From an uncultured virus (IMG/VR IMGVR_UViG_3300033463_000096) (taxonomy: Duplodnaviria > Heunggongvirae > Uroviricota > Caudoviricetes), in the IMG/VR virus record IMGVR_UViG_3300033463_000096, positions 1-64,000 of that record: a DNA stretch of 64,000 nucleotides. One strand, given 5' to 3'. The notes beneath the pieces were generated by a model, which saw nothing but the letters and a program-made list of their open reading frames with translations, was not told the DNA's origin and ran no database searches. This document shows positions 18,001 to 27,934 of the stretch, one piece after another (positions within the stretch are counted from its first letter, which is position 1; every line of letters starts with the position of its first letter). The translations under genes and the position numbers were made by a program.

Positions 18001-19980
18001 ACATAGGATACGGCCAGTACCTTCACAGTGTTCACACATTTCATATTCTTTATTGCCGCAAGCGTTATGATTACCAAATACAACGGCGTCATGACCGAAG
18101 TTTGAAAGCAATCCCTTATGGCCAATGAAGAAGTTGTTGTAGCCGTTGAACTCAACTGATGAAACGTTCAAGCCCATCATTGACAAACGGCCAGGGAGAC
18201 CGTATGCACCGAAGTGTCCATCGCCGCCACAGCGTGAGCATTCTTGTGCCGCTAGCTTAACGACGAATGCGAGGTTGCTTACTGCGAATGAGCAGTTAGC
18301 TCTTACATCAGCCGCAAATGCTTCTGCGTCTTCCAGCGTTGTGAAACCCCATGCTGGGTCAATGTATGGGTCGCCTGTGTTCAAAGCATTGGCAACTTCT
18401 TCTGCCAAAACATTTATTCTTGGGTTAGGATAATTCGTAGGTATTTCACGACCGATGTCACCGCTGTGCTGGAATGTATCATCTTCCTTATAAACAACGG
18501 AATCATACGCAAATCCGTTATATTCAATGACAACGAAATACAGGTCAGTACCAATCTTACCTGTGCCGTCACAATCAGGACAACGATAAACATCACCACT
18601 GACAGGATCATAGCCGTTTGTTGCTGTGAATGCCGAAGCACGCTGAGCAGCAATAGCTGTCAAGCCAAATTGGTCTTGTCCAAAAATCTTTTCAGAGTCA
18701 ATGATTAAACCACCGGAAATTGCAGATGCAGATGTTCCGCGTGAGTCAATCACATGAGTGTCGTATGATGAGGTTACGATTCTGTTGTCTTCGCTCAAAA
18801 TCATTGAGCCGTCAAACATACCAGCGGTATTGTCATTTGACTTGATGAACAAATCGTTCTCACCAATTTCGTGATAGCCACGGTCACACAATAGACGCAT
18901 ATAACCAGAGGTCTGGTCAAACTTAGAGTCATCGTAGTTTGCGTTTTCGCGCTTCGTTGCTCCGCCGAACAAGTCAATTCTTGTCGCAGCAGTAGGAGCC
19001 TTTTCATTCATCTTGAAATAGCTCGGATCATATTCAAAGCCGATGCTCTGAGCTGCGAAAATATCGCCCGATGTCTTACCACCGTAAGAAAGCAACAACT
19101 GAGGCTTGACGAACTTATCATCATGTTCGTCAAAGATGTTCACTCTCGGAGTGACATTGAAGATGTTGTTGTTCTTGTATGTATTAGGGATAAGATTGAG
19201 CGTCTTATCCATATAGGCAATGCCTTCGTTTTCAATCTTCTTGCCGTTTTCAAGTTCAACACGAGTCTTATATTCCTTGCCCGATGGAACAAGGAATGCG
19301 CCTGGAAGGTCCAACTTAATTGTAGTCTGGTCCTTCTGATTTGAGTTCTTCATGATTTCGGCATAGTCTTCATCAAGCTCAACCGGAGAAGGAAGCTCAC
19401 CGAGCTGCGACAAAGAGAACTGCACGTTAATCGTAAATGCAGTGTCCTTTGTAATTACCAAGCCTTTTGACTTTTCAGCAAAGCAAGGGCTGTCACCTGC
19501 GCCGAACCAAATCCACATAGCGATGTAGGATTTCTTCTGTGTGATAACATGCCACTTATCTTCGGTGTATTTTTCACCGATTAGAACGATAGCACGGTAT
19601 GTGCCCATGATACCGTTTCTTGTCTTGTTGTTCAATGCTGAGTTGATGCGAATCTTGTAAGTACCAAACTTTTCCCCACCAAGGACTGTGCCTTTATCAT
19701 CTGTTGTTTCAGGAACCGTCAATTCCAAGCACGGTTCAAAAGTGACATCAAACAGGTTGTTTAGGATGTCAGAGTCGTGCTTGTCTTCATCAGTCACAAG
19801 AACACAGTTGTCACACAATTCTTCAAGAGTAATATCCTCAAAGGCGTATGCATCAGCATACTTCTTTTCAAGCCACTTCTTTGTGTCATTGACAAAAGCA
19901 TATCCTCGGATCACGCATTTGATACCGCGTTCAGCGAGGATAGTGTTGTTTTTGAAATCTGATGTATGTATAATCTTCAT
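15037..19980 (-). CDS. Large fibre/baseplate-associated protein with about 25 CxxC(xGxG) motifs and a collagen-like segment
   Basis: 1647 aa; paralogous to 19995-22442; repeated CxxCxGxG; (xKG)n tract near the C-terminus. Confidence 0.6.
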   Translation of the reverse strand: MKIIHTSDFKNNTILAERGIKCVIRGYAFVNDTKKWLEKKYADAYAFEDITLEELCDNCVLVTDEDKHDSDILNNLFDVTFEPCLELTVPETTDDKGTVLGGEKFGTYKIRINSALNNKTRNGIMGTYRAIVLIGEKYTEDKWHVITQKKSYIAMWIWFGAGDSPCFAEKSKGLVITKDTAFTINVQFSLSQLGELPSPVELDEDYAEIMKNSNQKDQTTIKLDLPGAFLVPSGKEYKTRVELENGKKIENEGIAYMDKTLNLIPNTYKNNNIFNVTPRVNIFDEHDDKFVKPQLLLSYGGKTSGDIFAAQSIGFEYDPSYFKMNEKAPTAATRIDLFGGATKRENANYDDSKFDQTSGYMRLLCDRGYHEIGENDLFIKSNDNTAGMFDGSMILSEDNRIVTSSYDTHVIDSRGTSASAISGGLIIDSEKIFGQDQFGLTAIAAQRASAFTATNGYDPVSGDVYRCPDCDGTGKIGTDLYFVVIEYNGFAYDSVVYKEDDTFQHSGDIGREIPTNYPNPRINVLAEEVANALNTGDPYIDPAWGFTTLEDAEAFAADVRANCSFAVSNLAFVVKLAAQECSRCGGDGHFGAYGLPGRLSMMGLNVSSVEFNGYNNFFIGHKGLLSNFGHDAVVFGNHNACGNKEYEMCEHCEGTGRILCTTCTGEDGRPRGVVTGHPTVTCSSCYGFGYVNYSADICTNCSGKGYLNDDPSQVCPICLGKNSHSGVNPDDWEGFYTCQDYVSANDAIYECRLCSGKKEIIDTSTTAWLPCPDCSGYGQMIDPDCGGLGYIESYEHAPRYSACPTCHETLMTCTACSGQGYTGDDPTIPCELCGGDKQVCSTCSGTGGYECPECHGTQIVECPECVVHAQTALCPLCSGLLVEPDPASLSDDGNISWASTDNREKILAWLPTCSGMGDRDSASGAFSASIGLKIYASLVKNPCTACEGTGIDENTCYGEFYEVYTDEDGEHNDLIGFTKQTERAPTWVPNFEDATIYTSKQTCSAQTSYVYPYAPHGGRITKTLVSIPKVCEHCGGGGGYDETNHTVDKRIICPCCNKLFTYTTSSRPDVYKVGPTTAHSVDGTYTYSAMYRDMLSLANNRYCGTPGYYYKVKPNVGYHECDLCHGTQVLTWDQARELEGWDEEMMKNVIGSRPESPLYHMILVGEDWYSVTGGKADGMICPKCMNMKPLKSEVDYQTSHSYNSTLTDWYRAFSGINMHDTFSHENMQDFESNIELDGIVNLDGGYTAACDACNYRGTQPYTKWGQIKCPTCVEGIVPCDACDGVKHWLCPTCSGEGKVKYRPIVAYEDGGVVKVGDGYFYKNLMSNQQAFNLYDDYINIKPENNCDLDIGQYLKRMNVFSVENHGMLLTHNNNYDEIPDSNVTHREAVDFFAVRNWAKYDSLSERFANLQNGCYSPDTIYFTKRTAHNEQWKLRIRELDYLIHDNYIKTNASMLKTAALNKAISDFYKKNTSFLLTLGPIITYRWDYIKGSKGAKGTKGWKGRKGIKGVTLGLKGKKGLAGLKGLKGTKGYKGMELKILDMRYKFYIEDILKATQAEFGRYISNNGNLGKNPNTYTFYCVNGDPKENLYFKGVRLRKMSNGNYQTLNAVKGIRPAEVQRILYKDNGYYGEYGVMNFNYAYNNKFLT

Positions 19981-19994
19981 GTTATAACTCTTCT

Positions 19995-22442
19995 TTAATT
20001 ATTTATACTGAAGAAACCAGTCATGTTGTTGCTGGTATCTCTCAGATACAAATACTGAAGAGAGTTATAAGCAGAGACTCTGCGAATGTCGTATGTCTTT
20101 GTTAGACCATCGCCATTTCTATACATACGGTATGATGTAACGGTTGTTCTAAAGTCAGGGTCAGCCTTTGTTGCCGTTGTCTGATAGGTAACGTTGATTA
20201 TTGAGTTGGACTTAAGAGCCGAAATATCAGTCTTGAAGTATTCTTCAAGGTTTGTGGCAGCGCTGATAACAATGCTCTTGTTAGTAGGCATTGTGTTGTT
20301 AATTGCCTGAACCTTATCGGTGTAGCTGTCAATGACGTTCTGGAACTCCTTCATAGAGTCATAGACGTTCAACTTAGCATACACTGATGAGAACGGGATG
20401 TCATATCTTGCACCCTTACAGAAGGCCGTGATACCGCTAAAGCCATATCGTGCAGAGTTTTCAGGATGTGTATAATCAGAGATACCCACCCAACCCTTAC
20501 GGTTGACGGTGAACAAGTTATGGCGATAGAAGTTAACCATATCGCCGCGTTCGCCTTCGCCCTTACAGCCGATGGCATTGAAGAAGCGGTTATTGTCATT
20601 TGAGCCATCAAGCAAGTGGCTAATCTTCTTCAAATAATCTTCCGATACGAAACCGTCACCAACAATGAGCACATTGTCAGGATCCTTGTCATTCAAGTTG
20701 AAATGACCAAGAAGGATCTTATCGCCCTGACCCTTGACATATGTCAAGCCACGACCGATAGCAATTAGGTTGCCACTGTTGTTATTCGTGTAGCCATACA
20801 TATTACCGATTTCAAGATCGTGCTGTGAGTATTCACTGAACACGTGCTTTGCTGACGGCGTTGAAATGTATGTGCCGTGGAAGTCATCGTTGTTGTGACC
20901 GTTGATGAATGAGTAGTCAGAGTCAAGCAAGAAGTGCTGTGACAAGTGACCACCAACGGTATACGGTGTCCAAACAACTCTACCCTTATGACCCTTGACT
21001 CCCTTGTCTCCAGAGTAGCTAGAGGTGTAGTAAGTTGAATACCACGGTGTGACAACAGAGTTATCAGTCTCCATGAATGTCACATTGTTTGTGCCTGGGA
21101 ACTGATGGAATACCGATTCCGTCCCAGACTGAACGACGTTAAAGTTCGAGTTGATGAAGGAGATGTTGTTTGCCGCGTGAGCATAAAGGATGTTGCTATC
21201 AGAGTTGATGAATGTGTTATCAAACGCTGATGTCGGCAATTCGTTTTCTTGTGAGTAGATGAAAGAGTTGCCGTAGATACCCTTTATGTTCTGATAAAGG
21301 TTGTTCACGCCAAGCAATTCAACGTTGATGCGTTGCTTACCGGCGCCTGCCAATTCAAAAATTCTGAACAAAGGAGCACGACCACCTGAAGCATAGTTAA
21401 ATGCTAGGCGTTGACCGTTCCATGATTTGTTTCCTTTGTTGTTAACCAACGAGAACATCAACTGCGGTGTAGATTCCGCAATTCGTTCAGTACCCTGAGA
21501 CATGATGTTCAACTTAGAGAATACATCATACGGTTTAATTTCTTCATCAGGTACTGATGTGATGAATAACTTATTTACAGTTTCATAGCTTTCACAGTCA
21601 TTCAATGTATTCGTTGAAGCATCATTAGCAAGGTGAATGCCTTGGACCAAACCCTTTTCATTATAGCCTTCAGGCATTTGGTTTTGAATGTCAACGATAG
21701 CGTCTTCGCCGTTTTCATCGTAGGCATATCCTACATGCATTTCAACATTCATGACAAGGCGATCTTTCTGTTCCTTCAAGATCATCAACTTATCAACAGC
21801 GAAGTATGAAATTGCGAACAGTACCGGCTTCTGTGGGTCAAGAATGTCTAGGTTATCATCCTGTGGTTCATTCTTGAACGGACGAGCAATATAGATGATA
21901 CCGTCAAAGGTTTGGTCACCTGTCACATCAGTTACGTCAACAAGTTCACGGTTAATGACAACATCATATGAAACATAGGTGTTGTCATAATTGTTCATTT
22001 GCTCGTCTTCTTTGCCGTCGCCATCAGCGTCGGTGTAATATGATTCGTCATAGTTGTATGCGTGCTGCAGAGGGAACAGATGATTTTCAACATCGTCCCA
22101 GGCATTTGCATACTGAATAGCATTTGGGCGGTGAAGGTTGTTGTCATACGAATAAGTGACGCCCTTGAAGATGACGTTCAGGTTTTTCTTAACATCATCA
22201 AGCGTAAAATCACGAAGGCAGTTGAAGTCAAATTCATCGTCCTTACTGCCGGCGTCCTGACCCTCTTCGTCTGTGCCGTCATTGTCAATTTTCAAGCACT
22301 TTTGTTGGAGCCATCCGTTGACATCCTTAAACAAAGCATAGCCCTGCAGAGCAAACTTAAAACCGTTGCCCTGCTTATAAATGTTCGCCTGTCCCTGGCG
22401 AGTAATAACGCATTCTTTTTGTTCTGCTCTATAACTTGACAT
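19995..22442 (-). CDS. Putative fibre/baseplate-associated structural protein
   Basis: 815 aa; Asn/Ser-rich beta-repeat-like region; short GDKGVKGHKG tract; downstream of the wedge-like gene. Confidence 0.55.
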   Translation of the reverse strand: MSSYRAEQKECVITRQGQANIYKQGNGFKFALQGYALFKDVNGWLQQKCLKIDNDGTDEEGQDAGSKDDEFDFNCLRDFTLDDVKKNLNVIFKGVTYSYDNNLHRPNAIQYANAWDDVENHLFPLQHAYNYDESYYTDADGDGKEDEQMNNYDNTYVSYDVVINRELVDVTDVTGDQTFDGIIYIARPFKNEPQDDNLDILDPQKPVLFAISYFAVDKLMILKEQKDRLVMNVEMHVGYAYDENGEDAIVDIQNQMPEGYNEKGLVQGIHLANDASTNTLNDCESYETVNKLFITSVPDEEIKPYDVFSKLNIMSQGTERIAESTPQLMFSLVNNKGNKSWNGQRLAFNYASGGRAPLFRIFELAGAGKQRINVELLGVNNLYQNIKGIYGNSFIYSQENELPTSAFDNTFINSDSNILYAHAANNISFINSNFNVVQSGTESVFHQFPGTNNVTFMETDNSVVTPWYSTYYTSSYSGDKGVKGHKGRVVWTPYTVGGHLSQHFLLDSDYSFINGHNNDDFHGTYISTPSAKHVFSEYSQHDLEIGNMYGYTNNNSGNLIAIGRGLTYVKGQGDKILLGHFNLNDKDPDNVLIVGDGFVSEDYLKKISHLLDGSNDNNRFFNAIGCKGEGERGDMVNFYRHNLFTVNRKGWVGISDYTHPENSARYGFSGITAFCKGARYDIPFSSVYAKLNVYDSMKEFQNVIDSYTDKVQAINNTMPTNKSIVISAATNLEEYFKTDISALKSNSIINVTYQTTATKADPDFRTTVTSYRMYRNGDGLTKTYDIRRVSAYNSLQYLYLRDTSNNMTGFFSINN
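20000..20007 (-). promoter_or_regulatory. T4-type late promoter inside the 3' end of the upstream gene
   Basis: TATAAATA 20 nt upstream of the ATG at 19980. Confidence 0.65.
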
Positions 22443-22465
22443 AGCTTCTTAAATCCTTTTTATAT

Positions 22466-25240
22466 TTATTCCAAAGGTTCGCAATAACAAATTTCAGTTC
22501 CAGGCACATGTCTGATTTGGGTTGTCATTGTTAAGTCAGCACAGTCATCAAGATTGGTAATTCTGATACGGATTTCCAAACGAGTCTTGACACGGTTAAC
22601 AGCGGCAGCCTTTTGTTCTTCAGTCAATTCGTCGTCTGCCATGATTGCTGCGATGAGCTGTTCACGAGCTTCATCAGCCTTGTCAGCAGCGTAATTTTCA
22701 AGGTAGTAGACTGGCTTTACAAATTCAGCCAAGTGAGTAGCCATTTCACCATCCTTAGGATAGATGTAGAAACCGCTGTCACACATTGTAATGTCAATGT
22801 CTGTCAACTTCATTTCCTTGATGAACTCGAAGTGTTCAGTGTCACCTGTCACATCGAGGTCGTATGTTGTTTCGTGTGTCCATTCACCAGTCGGATCATA
22901 CTTATCACGAATGTCAACTTCATAATTGATGTCATAATCAGCGTTCATCTTGAAGATGAATTTGTGTCGTGATTCGTTAATCATTGTTGAGAGCAATGTG
23001 TAAGCATTCTCCATATCAGCAGGGCTTACTTCACCTACTTCCTGTTTTGTCTTTTCAGTGGCAATGCTGTGCGGCACAAAGTTAACCCACAAGCGTGTGG
23101 CATGCATGACCCTCCAGTCTACTCTTGTTCGTTCAATCATTTCAGCCAGTTCTTCATTCTTCCAAGTGAGCGTGTATAGGTAGCTGTCATCGCCTTGTCC
23201 TTCAAAGTCATCATGAACATACGGGTTCACGAGCCAATGCAAATCGTATTCAAAGATGATTGTGTACTTAATCAAGTTCAAGATACGAACGATAGGCTTG
23301 ATACTCTTGATGAAACGAACGAATACTTCAAGGTTATCGTTGAAGGTAGGGAAGTCAACGTTTAGCGAGTTGAACTCAAGGTTGAATCTTGAGGTCAAGA
23401 AGTGTGAGGTGAAGTCAAACATGCGGTCTTCTTCAACGAAGTCAGGATGTTCTTCAACTTCCGGTCCTAGCTTACACCACAAGTTAATCACCTTGCAGCT
23501 CAGTGAGAACATCTTCATTGCGAACACCATACCCTTGACAGAACCCTTAAGCTGGTTATACATCGGAAGGTTCTTCAAGGCATACTTCAAAATGTCAATG
23601 ACATCGTCTTCAGTTCGGCCGTTGATGTAAGCGGCTCTCTTAGGTGTCTTGCCGTCCTTTTCATAGATGATTTGACCGTTGGCGTCCTTTACCACTGCAG
23701 GGTTGCTGAAGCCAAGGTTTAGGTCAATCATTGTCTGTAGGTCAATGTTATATTCCATACCGAACTGCTTAGCATAATGCCAAATCATGCCATGTTCAAT
23801 TCGGTCAATATCATTGAAGTCACCGATCTTCGCAATCTTTTCAAGGATTGAGATATTGGTGCCCTTTGTCATATTCGTGTAAACGGTATTCAAGTAAAGT
23901 TCAAAGAACTTGATGAACTCGAAGTAATCAGTGTTTCTTAAGTACTTCGGAACATAACGCTGGATGTTATACTTACGACCTTCGGAGTCCATAACAATCC
24001 ACGGACCATCGCTTTCAATAGCGTAGGTCGAGGTCTGTATCATATCATCAAAGATCTTGACGCCTGTATGTAGCCAAGCTTCAATGTCAATGTTGCCACC
24101 CTTCGCAATGTTTATGACCTTGAAACGAATCACGCCTGTTGTTGCGTATTGTGAATCGTCGTATGTGCTGATGTCAATGTCAGCACCGCTGAACATATCG
24201 TGAATTAGGTCATTAGGTTGTTCATCTTTACCTGGTCCTGCTAGACCAGCCATAATGTCAATCGGCCAGAAGTCTGTATTCGGGTTATAGACTGACACCC
24301 AAACAGAGCCTAAAGAGTTTTCATCAACTACTCTGTTTGCTGGGTCATGGTCATAGAACTTAATTACCAAAGGCTGCAGTTCGGAGATATCGTCCATTGA
24401 GTCAATAAGAACCCACTTACGCTTTTCGCTGCCGTTTCCTCCGAATGTATATGTTGAAACGTTGCCGGCTTTATCCCATACAGATATTGCTAAGCCATCG
24501 TCATTAAGGCGTTTCACTTCAGGGTCAGATGCGCCGTAAAGCAAATCAAACTGAACCTTGTATGTATGGAAACCATCTGACGAAATCTTCAATGAGTATT
24601 CGTCAATGTAAGGCATGTTAGTTAATGGGTCAACGCCGATGATTGGGTTCGGGTTTTCCTCAGATGCAGTTGGTTCCTTTTTACGGTCATACTTATAGAT
24701 GACAATTTCAGGGTCAGTTTCCGATGCTGGGATAGTCACTTCAAAGTTCTTGAAGTCAAGGCCTGCTTGGTCTCTGAAAATAAATTCACAGTGGCGCTTT
24801 ACATCGCGGCGTGTTTTCTTATCGCATATCCAAACATATTCGGTTCCTTTATCGGAAACAAATGCAGGCGGAACGTTGTCAATAACCACCGTCTCAATTG
24901 AGTTGGTGATGGTGATGAATGAAGAACCTGGTGAGAGATAGCGAGTAGGGTTCTTCGGGTGAGACGCATCCCACTTCTTTACTTCGTCTTCATGATATTC
25001 AAGCCAAGGCTCCAATGCGTCCCAGACGAATTCATCATGCTTAATGATAGCTGACGCAGGTTCCTTTCCTGACTCATCAGCTGTAGCTCTGAACTTCCAA
25101 GTAGTGCTATTGCCTGTTTCGGTGAATGGATAGAACTTGATAGTGTCATCTGTAATCTGTTCATAGTTCCACTCGAACAGCCATGTCGTGTCAAATCTTA
25201 GATAGTCATAGCTAAAATCAAAACTGCTATTCTTAATCAT
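22466..25240 (-). CDS. Baseplate wedge protein, gp7-like
   Basis: YVPKYL..FEFIKFFELYLN, DIDRI..YAKQFG, YNQLKGSVKG and IKPI motifs typical of gp7/P2 gpI-type wedge proteins. Confidence 0.55.
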   Translation of the reverse strand: MIKNSSFDFSYDYLRFDTTWLFEWNYEQITDDTIKFYPFTETGNSTTWKFRATADESGKEPASAIIKHDEFVWDALEPWLEYHEDEVKKWDASHPKNPTRYLSPGSSFITITNSIETVVIDNVPPAFVSDKGTEYVWICDKKTRRDVKRHCEFIFRDQAGLDFKNFEVTIPASETDPEIVIYKYDRKKEPTASEENPNPIIGVDPLTNMPYIDEYSLKISSDGFHTYKVQFDLLYGASDPEVKRLNDDGLAISVWDKAGNVSTYTFGGNGSEKRKWVLIDSMDDISELQPLVIKFYDHDPANRVVDENSLGSVWVSVYNPNTDFWPIDIMAGLAGPGKDEQPNDLIHDMFSGADIDISTYDDSQYATTGVIRFKVINIAKGGNIDIEAWLHTGVKIFDDMIQTSTYAIESDGPWIVMDSEGRKYNIQRYVPKYLRNTDYFEFIKFFELYLNTVYTNMTKGTNISILEKIAKIGDFNDIDRIEHGMIWHYAKQFGMEYNIDLQTMIDLNLGFSNPAVVKDANGQIIYEKDGKTPKRAAYINGRTEDDVIDILKYALKNLPMYNQLKGSVKGMVFAMKMFSLSCKVINLWCKLGPEVEEHPDFVEEDRMFDFTSHFLTSRFNLEFNSLNVDFPTFNDNLEVFVRFIKSIKPIVRILNLIKYTIIFEYDLHWLVNPYVHDDFEGQGDDSYLYTLTWKNEELAEMIERTRVDWRVMHATRLWVNFVPHSIATEKTKQEVGEVSPADMENAYTLLSTMINESRHKFIFKMNADYDINYEVDIRDKYDPTGEWTHETTYDLDVTGDTEHFEFIKEMKLTDIDITMCDSGFYIYPKDGEMATHLAEFVKPVYYLENYAADKADEAREQLIAAIMADDELTEEQKAAAVNRVKTRLEIRIRITNLDDCADLTMTTQIRHVPGTEICYCEPLE

Positions 25241-26038
25241 TTACGCCTCGTTCCACAAGCTAAGCGTTTCAAAGCTGCGACGGTCAAGCGATGTGAAGTT
25301 AATCTTCGGCCAGTCCTTTTCACATTGCTTAGCATAATTTGAAACAATGAATATACGGTTGATGACAGGGTTCTTGACGATGATCTTCGTCTCACGCTTC
25401 GTGTTGTTCGCAACATGTCGGTCGAGTTCTGGACGATACTTCTGGAGCTTCTTCACCAAGTTGGCACGAAGCACAGATGCAGCCTTCTGCAGTTCGCCTT
25501 CATCGCAAGAATCAATGAATGAATAAAGGTCGCTAGTCAGAAGCACATTCTTTTTGAATGATTCCCAATCTGTCGTCAACTCCTGCTTCTTTCCAGCAGG
25601 TAGAGCAAAGGCATTGTCATTGAACCAATTTGAAATGTTTTGAGCGTTCCACAAGTACTTTTGAATGACCGTCATTTTCAGCTGCTTGATTTCGTCCTTG
25701 AATGTTTCGGAATAAGTGACGAAGTCAGTCCATTCTTTCGTGTCTTCATTTGACACGACCTTCGCTGTAAATTCATCAAAGGAGCGAAGTCCTTCAACTT
25801 GAATTAGGCAGTCAGCGTGGTGGAACGGGTTATTGCCCTGTGAATAAAGTTCTTCAGGGTTAACCGTAATTTCGTATTGTTCAGCCTCACAGATTTCCTT
25901 TAGGGTATCTACTAAACGAGAATATGGGCACTGAACATAGCCCATAAACGATTTCTGAGACAGAATGCCCTGAAGGTCTTTTTGCTGAACCGGCAGGGTT
26001 GTCTTTTGAATGTTGAATACTTCTGAATAATTTAACAT
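25241..26038 (-). CDS. Hypothetical late protein
   Basis: 265-aa ORF after the late promoter at 26054-26061. Confidence 0.7.
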   Translation of the reverse strand: MLNYSEVFNIQKTTLPVQQKDLQGILSQKSFMGYVQCPYSRLVDTLKEICEAEQYEITVNPEELYSQGNNPFHHADCLIQVEGLRSFDEFTAKVVSNEDTKEWTDFVTYSETFKDEIKQLKMTVIQKYLWNAQNISNWFNDNAFALPAGKKQELTTDWESFKKNVLLTSDLYSFIDSCDEGELQKAASVLRANLVKKLQKYRPELDRHVANNTKRETKIIVKNPVINRIFIVSNYAKQCEKDWPKINFTSLDRRSFETLSLWNEA

Positions 26039-26053
26039 AGCTATCTCTTTTTG

Positions 26054-26076
26054 TATTTATACGGTTGGAATAAATA
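26054..26076. promoter_or_regulatory. Divergent late promoters
   Basis: TATAAATA (minus, 26054-26061) and AATAAATA (plus, 26069-26076). Confidence 0.65.
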
Positions 26077-26082
26077 TAAAGT

Positions 26083-27045
26083 ATGGAGTATAACATTTCA
26101 AATTACAACGGCAAGTGGCTTGCCTACGGAAATAACTACTTCCTTTTAAGAACAGTAGTGAACGGCGACGTCATTAAGATGGACGGTGTTATGCAAGAAT
26201 TGCCGTCATTGAGCTTCTCGTCTGAATGGGAAGCCTCGCCGGCCGCGACTTTAGGTGATGAACTTGGCAAGTTGGCAAATTCAGAATTCCTTGAATTTCT
26301 GTCTCAAAAGGGTAATGCCCAAAACGGCACGCACATGGTGAATGCCGACCAGATGACTTCAAGAACATATAAGTCTGGCTCAAAGCTATCGTTTGATTTG
26401 AAGTTCCGTTGCTATACCGGACAAAAGGTTGGTCCATACAAGACAAGATCCGCTAGAGAATGGATGCAGTTCTTGTCACTTACAACGCCTGTGAACAGCA
26501 ACTGCGGCGTCAATGTTGAAAACCTTCTAAACAATATCCCAGCAGCTGCTGATGGCGCTGTTGCTTTGTTCAAAGCACTTCGTGAAGGTGACCCTGCTGA
26601 CAAGGAAAAAGGTGACGATAACAAAGATCTTACGCCGATGTCAGAACAGGTCAAGAAAATCCAGACTGAAAATAAAGGCGCTGACTACGTCAATAATGTG
26701 GTTGAAGGTATGTCAGATGAAGGCAGCGGAAAGCGTGATAAAGAACAGGCACGCATTGCAGCGCAGAACATGGACTCCGCGATGCAGAGCACAAACGCTG
26801 ACCCTGGCCTCACATCCGATGCCAAGCTTGACAAGCCTAAGCTTTATGGTGCTAACATTTTCAGGTTGAGAATTTATCCGTTCATTTTCAGAACATCATT
26901 TACAGTTGTCGTAAAGTCATGGTCAGTCATGCCGTCCCGTGAATGGAACATTGACACAAAAGACCATTACTATTATGATTTCAATATCCAAGTTGAAATG
27001 GACCAGGTTCCTTCCTGTCCGACTTGGCAGAAATTGTTTACTTAA
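26083..27045 (+). CDS. Baseplate/tail-tube cap protein, gp48-like
   Basis: TYKSGSKLSFDLKFR, VVVKSWSV and DFNIQVE motifs; paralogue of 27038-27931. Confidence 0.5.
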   Translation: MEYNISNYNGKWLAYGNNYFLLRTVVNGDVIKMDGVMQELPSLSFSSEWEASPAATLGDELGKLANSEFLEFLSQKGNAQNGTHMVNADQMTSRTYKSGSKLSFDLKFRCYTGQKVGPYKTRSAREWMQFLSLTTPVNSNCGVNVENLLNNIPAAADGAVALFKALREGDPADKEKGDDNKDLTPMSEQVKKIQTENKGADYVNNVVEGMSDEGSGKRDKEQARIAAQNMDSAMQSTNADPGLTSDAKLDKPKLYGANIFRLRIYPFIFRTSFTVVVKSWSVMPSREWNIDTKDHYYYDFNIQVEMDQVPSCPTWQKLFT

Positions 27046-27931
27046 TCGTTTTCTTTGAGAAGAAGCGGCTCACAAGAGCGTTTGACGGACACATGTTCGT
27101 TTCAAGTTCAACATCAAAGTCAACCCACAAAGGCATTGGAACTTCTTCAATGTTTTCGTTTGACTCACCCTTCGCTGCGACGAATTGCTGGCTTGGTGAG
27201 ATGCTTACGCTTTTCACAATCCAGTCAAGGTTTGAGCAACCGTAATTTCGAGTAGTCACCAAAACCGTAAAGCCACCGCGCTGTGTCTTGTTGCCGTCAG
27301 ATTCCAATGTAAGTCCAGCGACATCGCCAACTGCTGCAAGCGTATATTTTGCAGCAGCGCCAACAAAGCTGGTATCGTCAGGTCTGCCCTTTACAGCAGT
27401 GCCTATTGCTTCGCCAGTATTAGCCACGCTTCTAGCAGCATTAGCCACAACACCCAATGTTGCGGTGCTCAATGTATACTGCTTGTAAGGTGAAGTGACA
27501 TAGGCAAAGAACTTGATAACATCGTGATAAGAAGCATCACAGGCACGGAAGCCTGTAGGATCAGCCGTTTCATTGTAGTAAGATCTGAATTTTAACTTAA
27601 TTGAAATTGGCTCGCCTTTTTCAACCACTTGTTGTGACCATGCATCAGTAGCGACTGGAGTGAACAGTTCAGGTCCAGATACCATTCTGACGAACTTGTT
27701 GCTCATCAGTTCATTTATCTTACCCGCAACAGATGCAGCCGCACCGTCCTTCCAGCTTGTTGAAATCTGGAATGTAATTGGTTCAAGCGGAATGAAAGAA
27801 AAGGTATACATTGGCAAGAACCCACCGTCCTTGTCATAGTTAGGGTTAAACACGGTTAGCCTAACTGTTGAGTTCTGCACTGGGGCAGCATACTTATCGT
27901 TTTTTCTTTGAGGTGCCTTAACCGTTAACAT
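27038..27931 (-). CDS. Baseplate/tail-tube cap protein, gp48-like
   Basis: PISIKLKFR, WIVKSVSI and PMPLWVDFDVELET motifs; follows the tape-measure gene as gp48 follows gp29 in T4. Confidence 0.55.
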   Translation of the reverse strand: MLTVKAPQRKNDKYAAPVQNSTVRLTVFNPNYDKDGGFLPMYTFSFIPLEPITFQISTSWKDGAAASVAGKINELMSNKFVRMVSGPELFTPVATDAWSQQVVEKGEPISIKLKFRSYYNETADPTGFRACDASYHDVIKFFAYVTSPYKQYTLSTATLGVVANAARSVANTGEAIGTAVKGRPDDTSFVGAAAKYTLAAVGDVAGLTLESDGNKTQRGGFTVLVTTRNYGCSNLDWIVKSVSISPSQQFVAAKGESNENIEEVPMPLWVDFDVELETNMCPSNALVSRFFSKKTIK

Positions 27932-27934
27932 CTA

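Noticed and set aside
15037..19980. DnaJ chaperone or multiheme cytochrome annotation
   Set aside because: There is no HPD J-domain, and only three of about 25 CxxC motifs are CxxCH.
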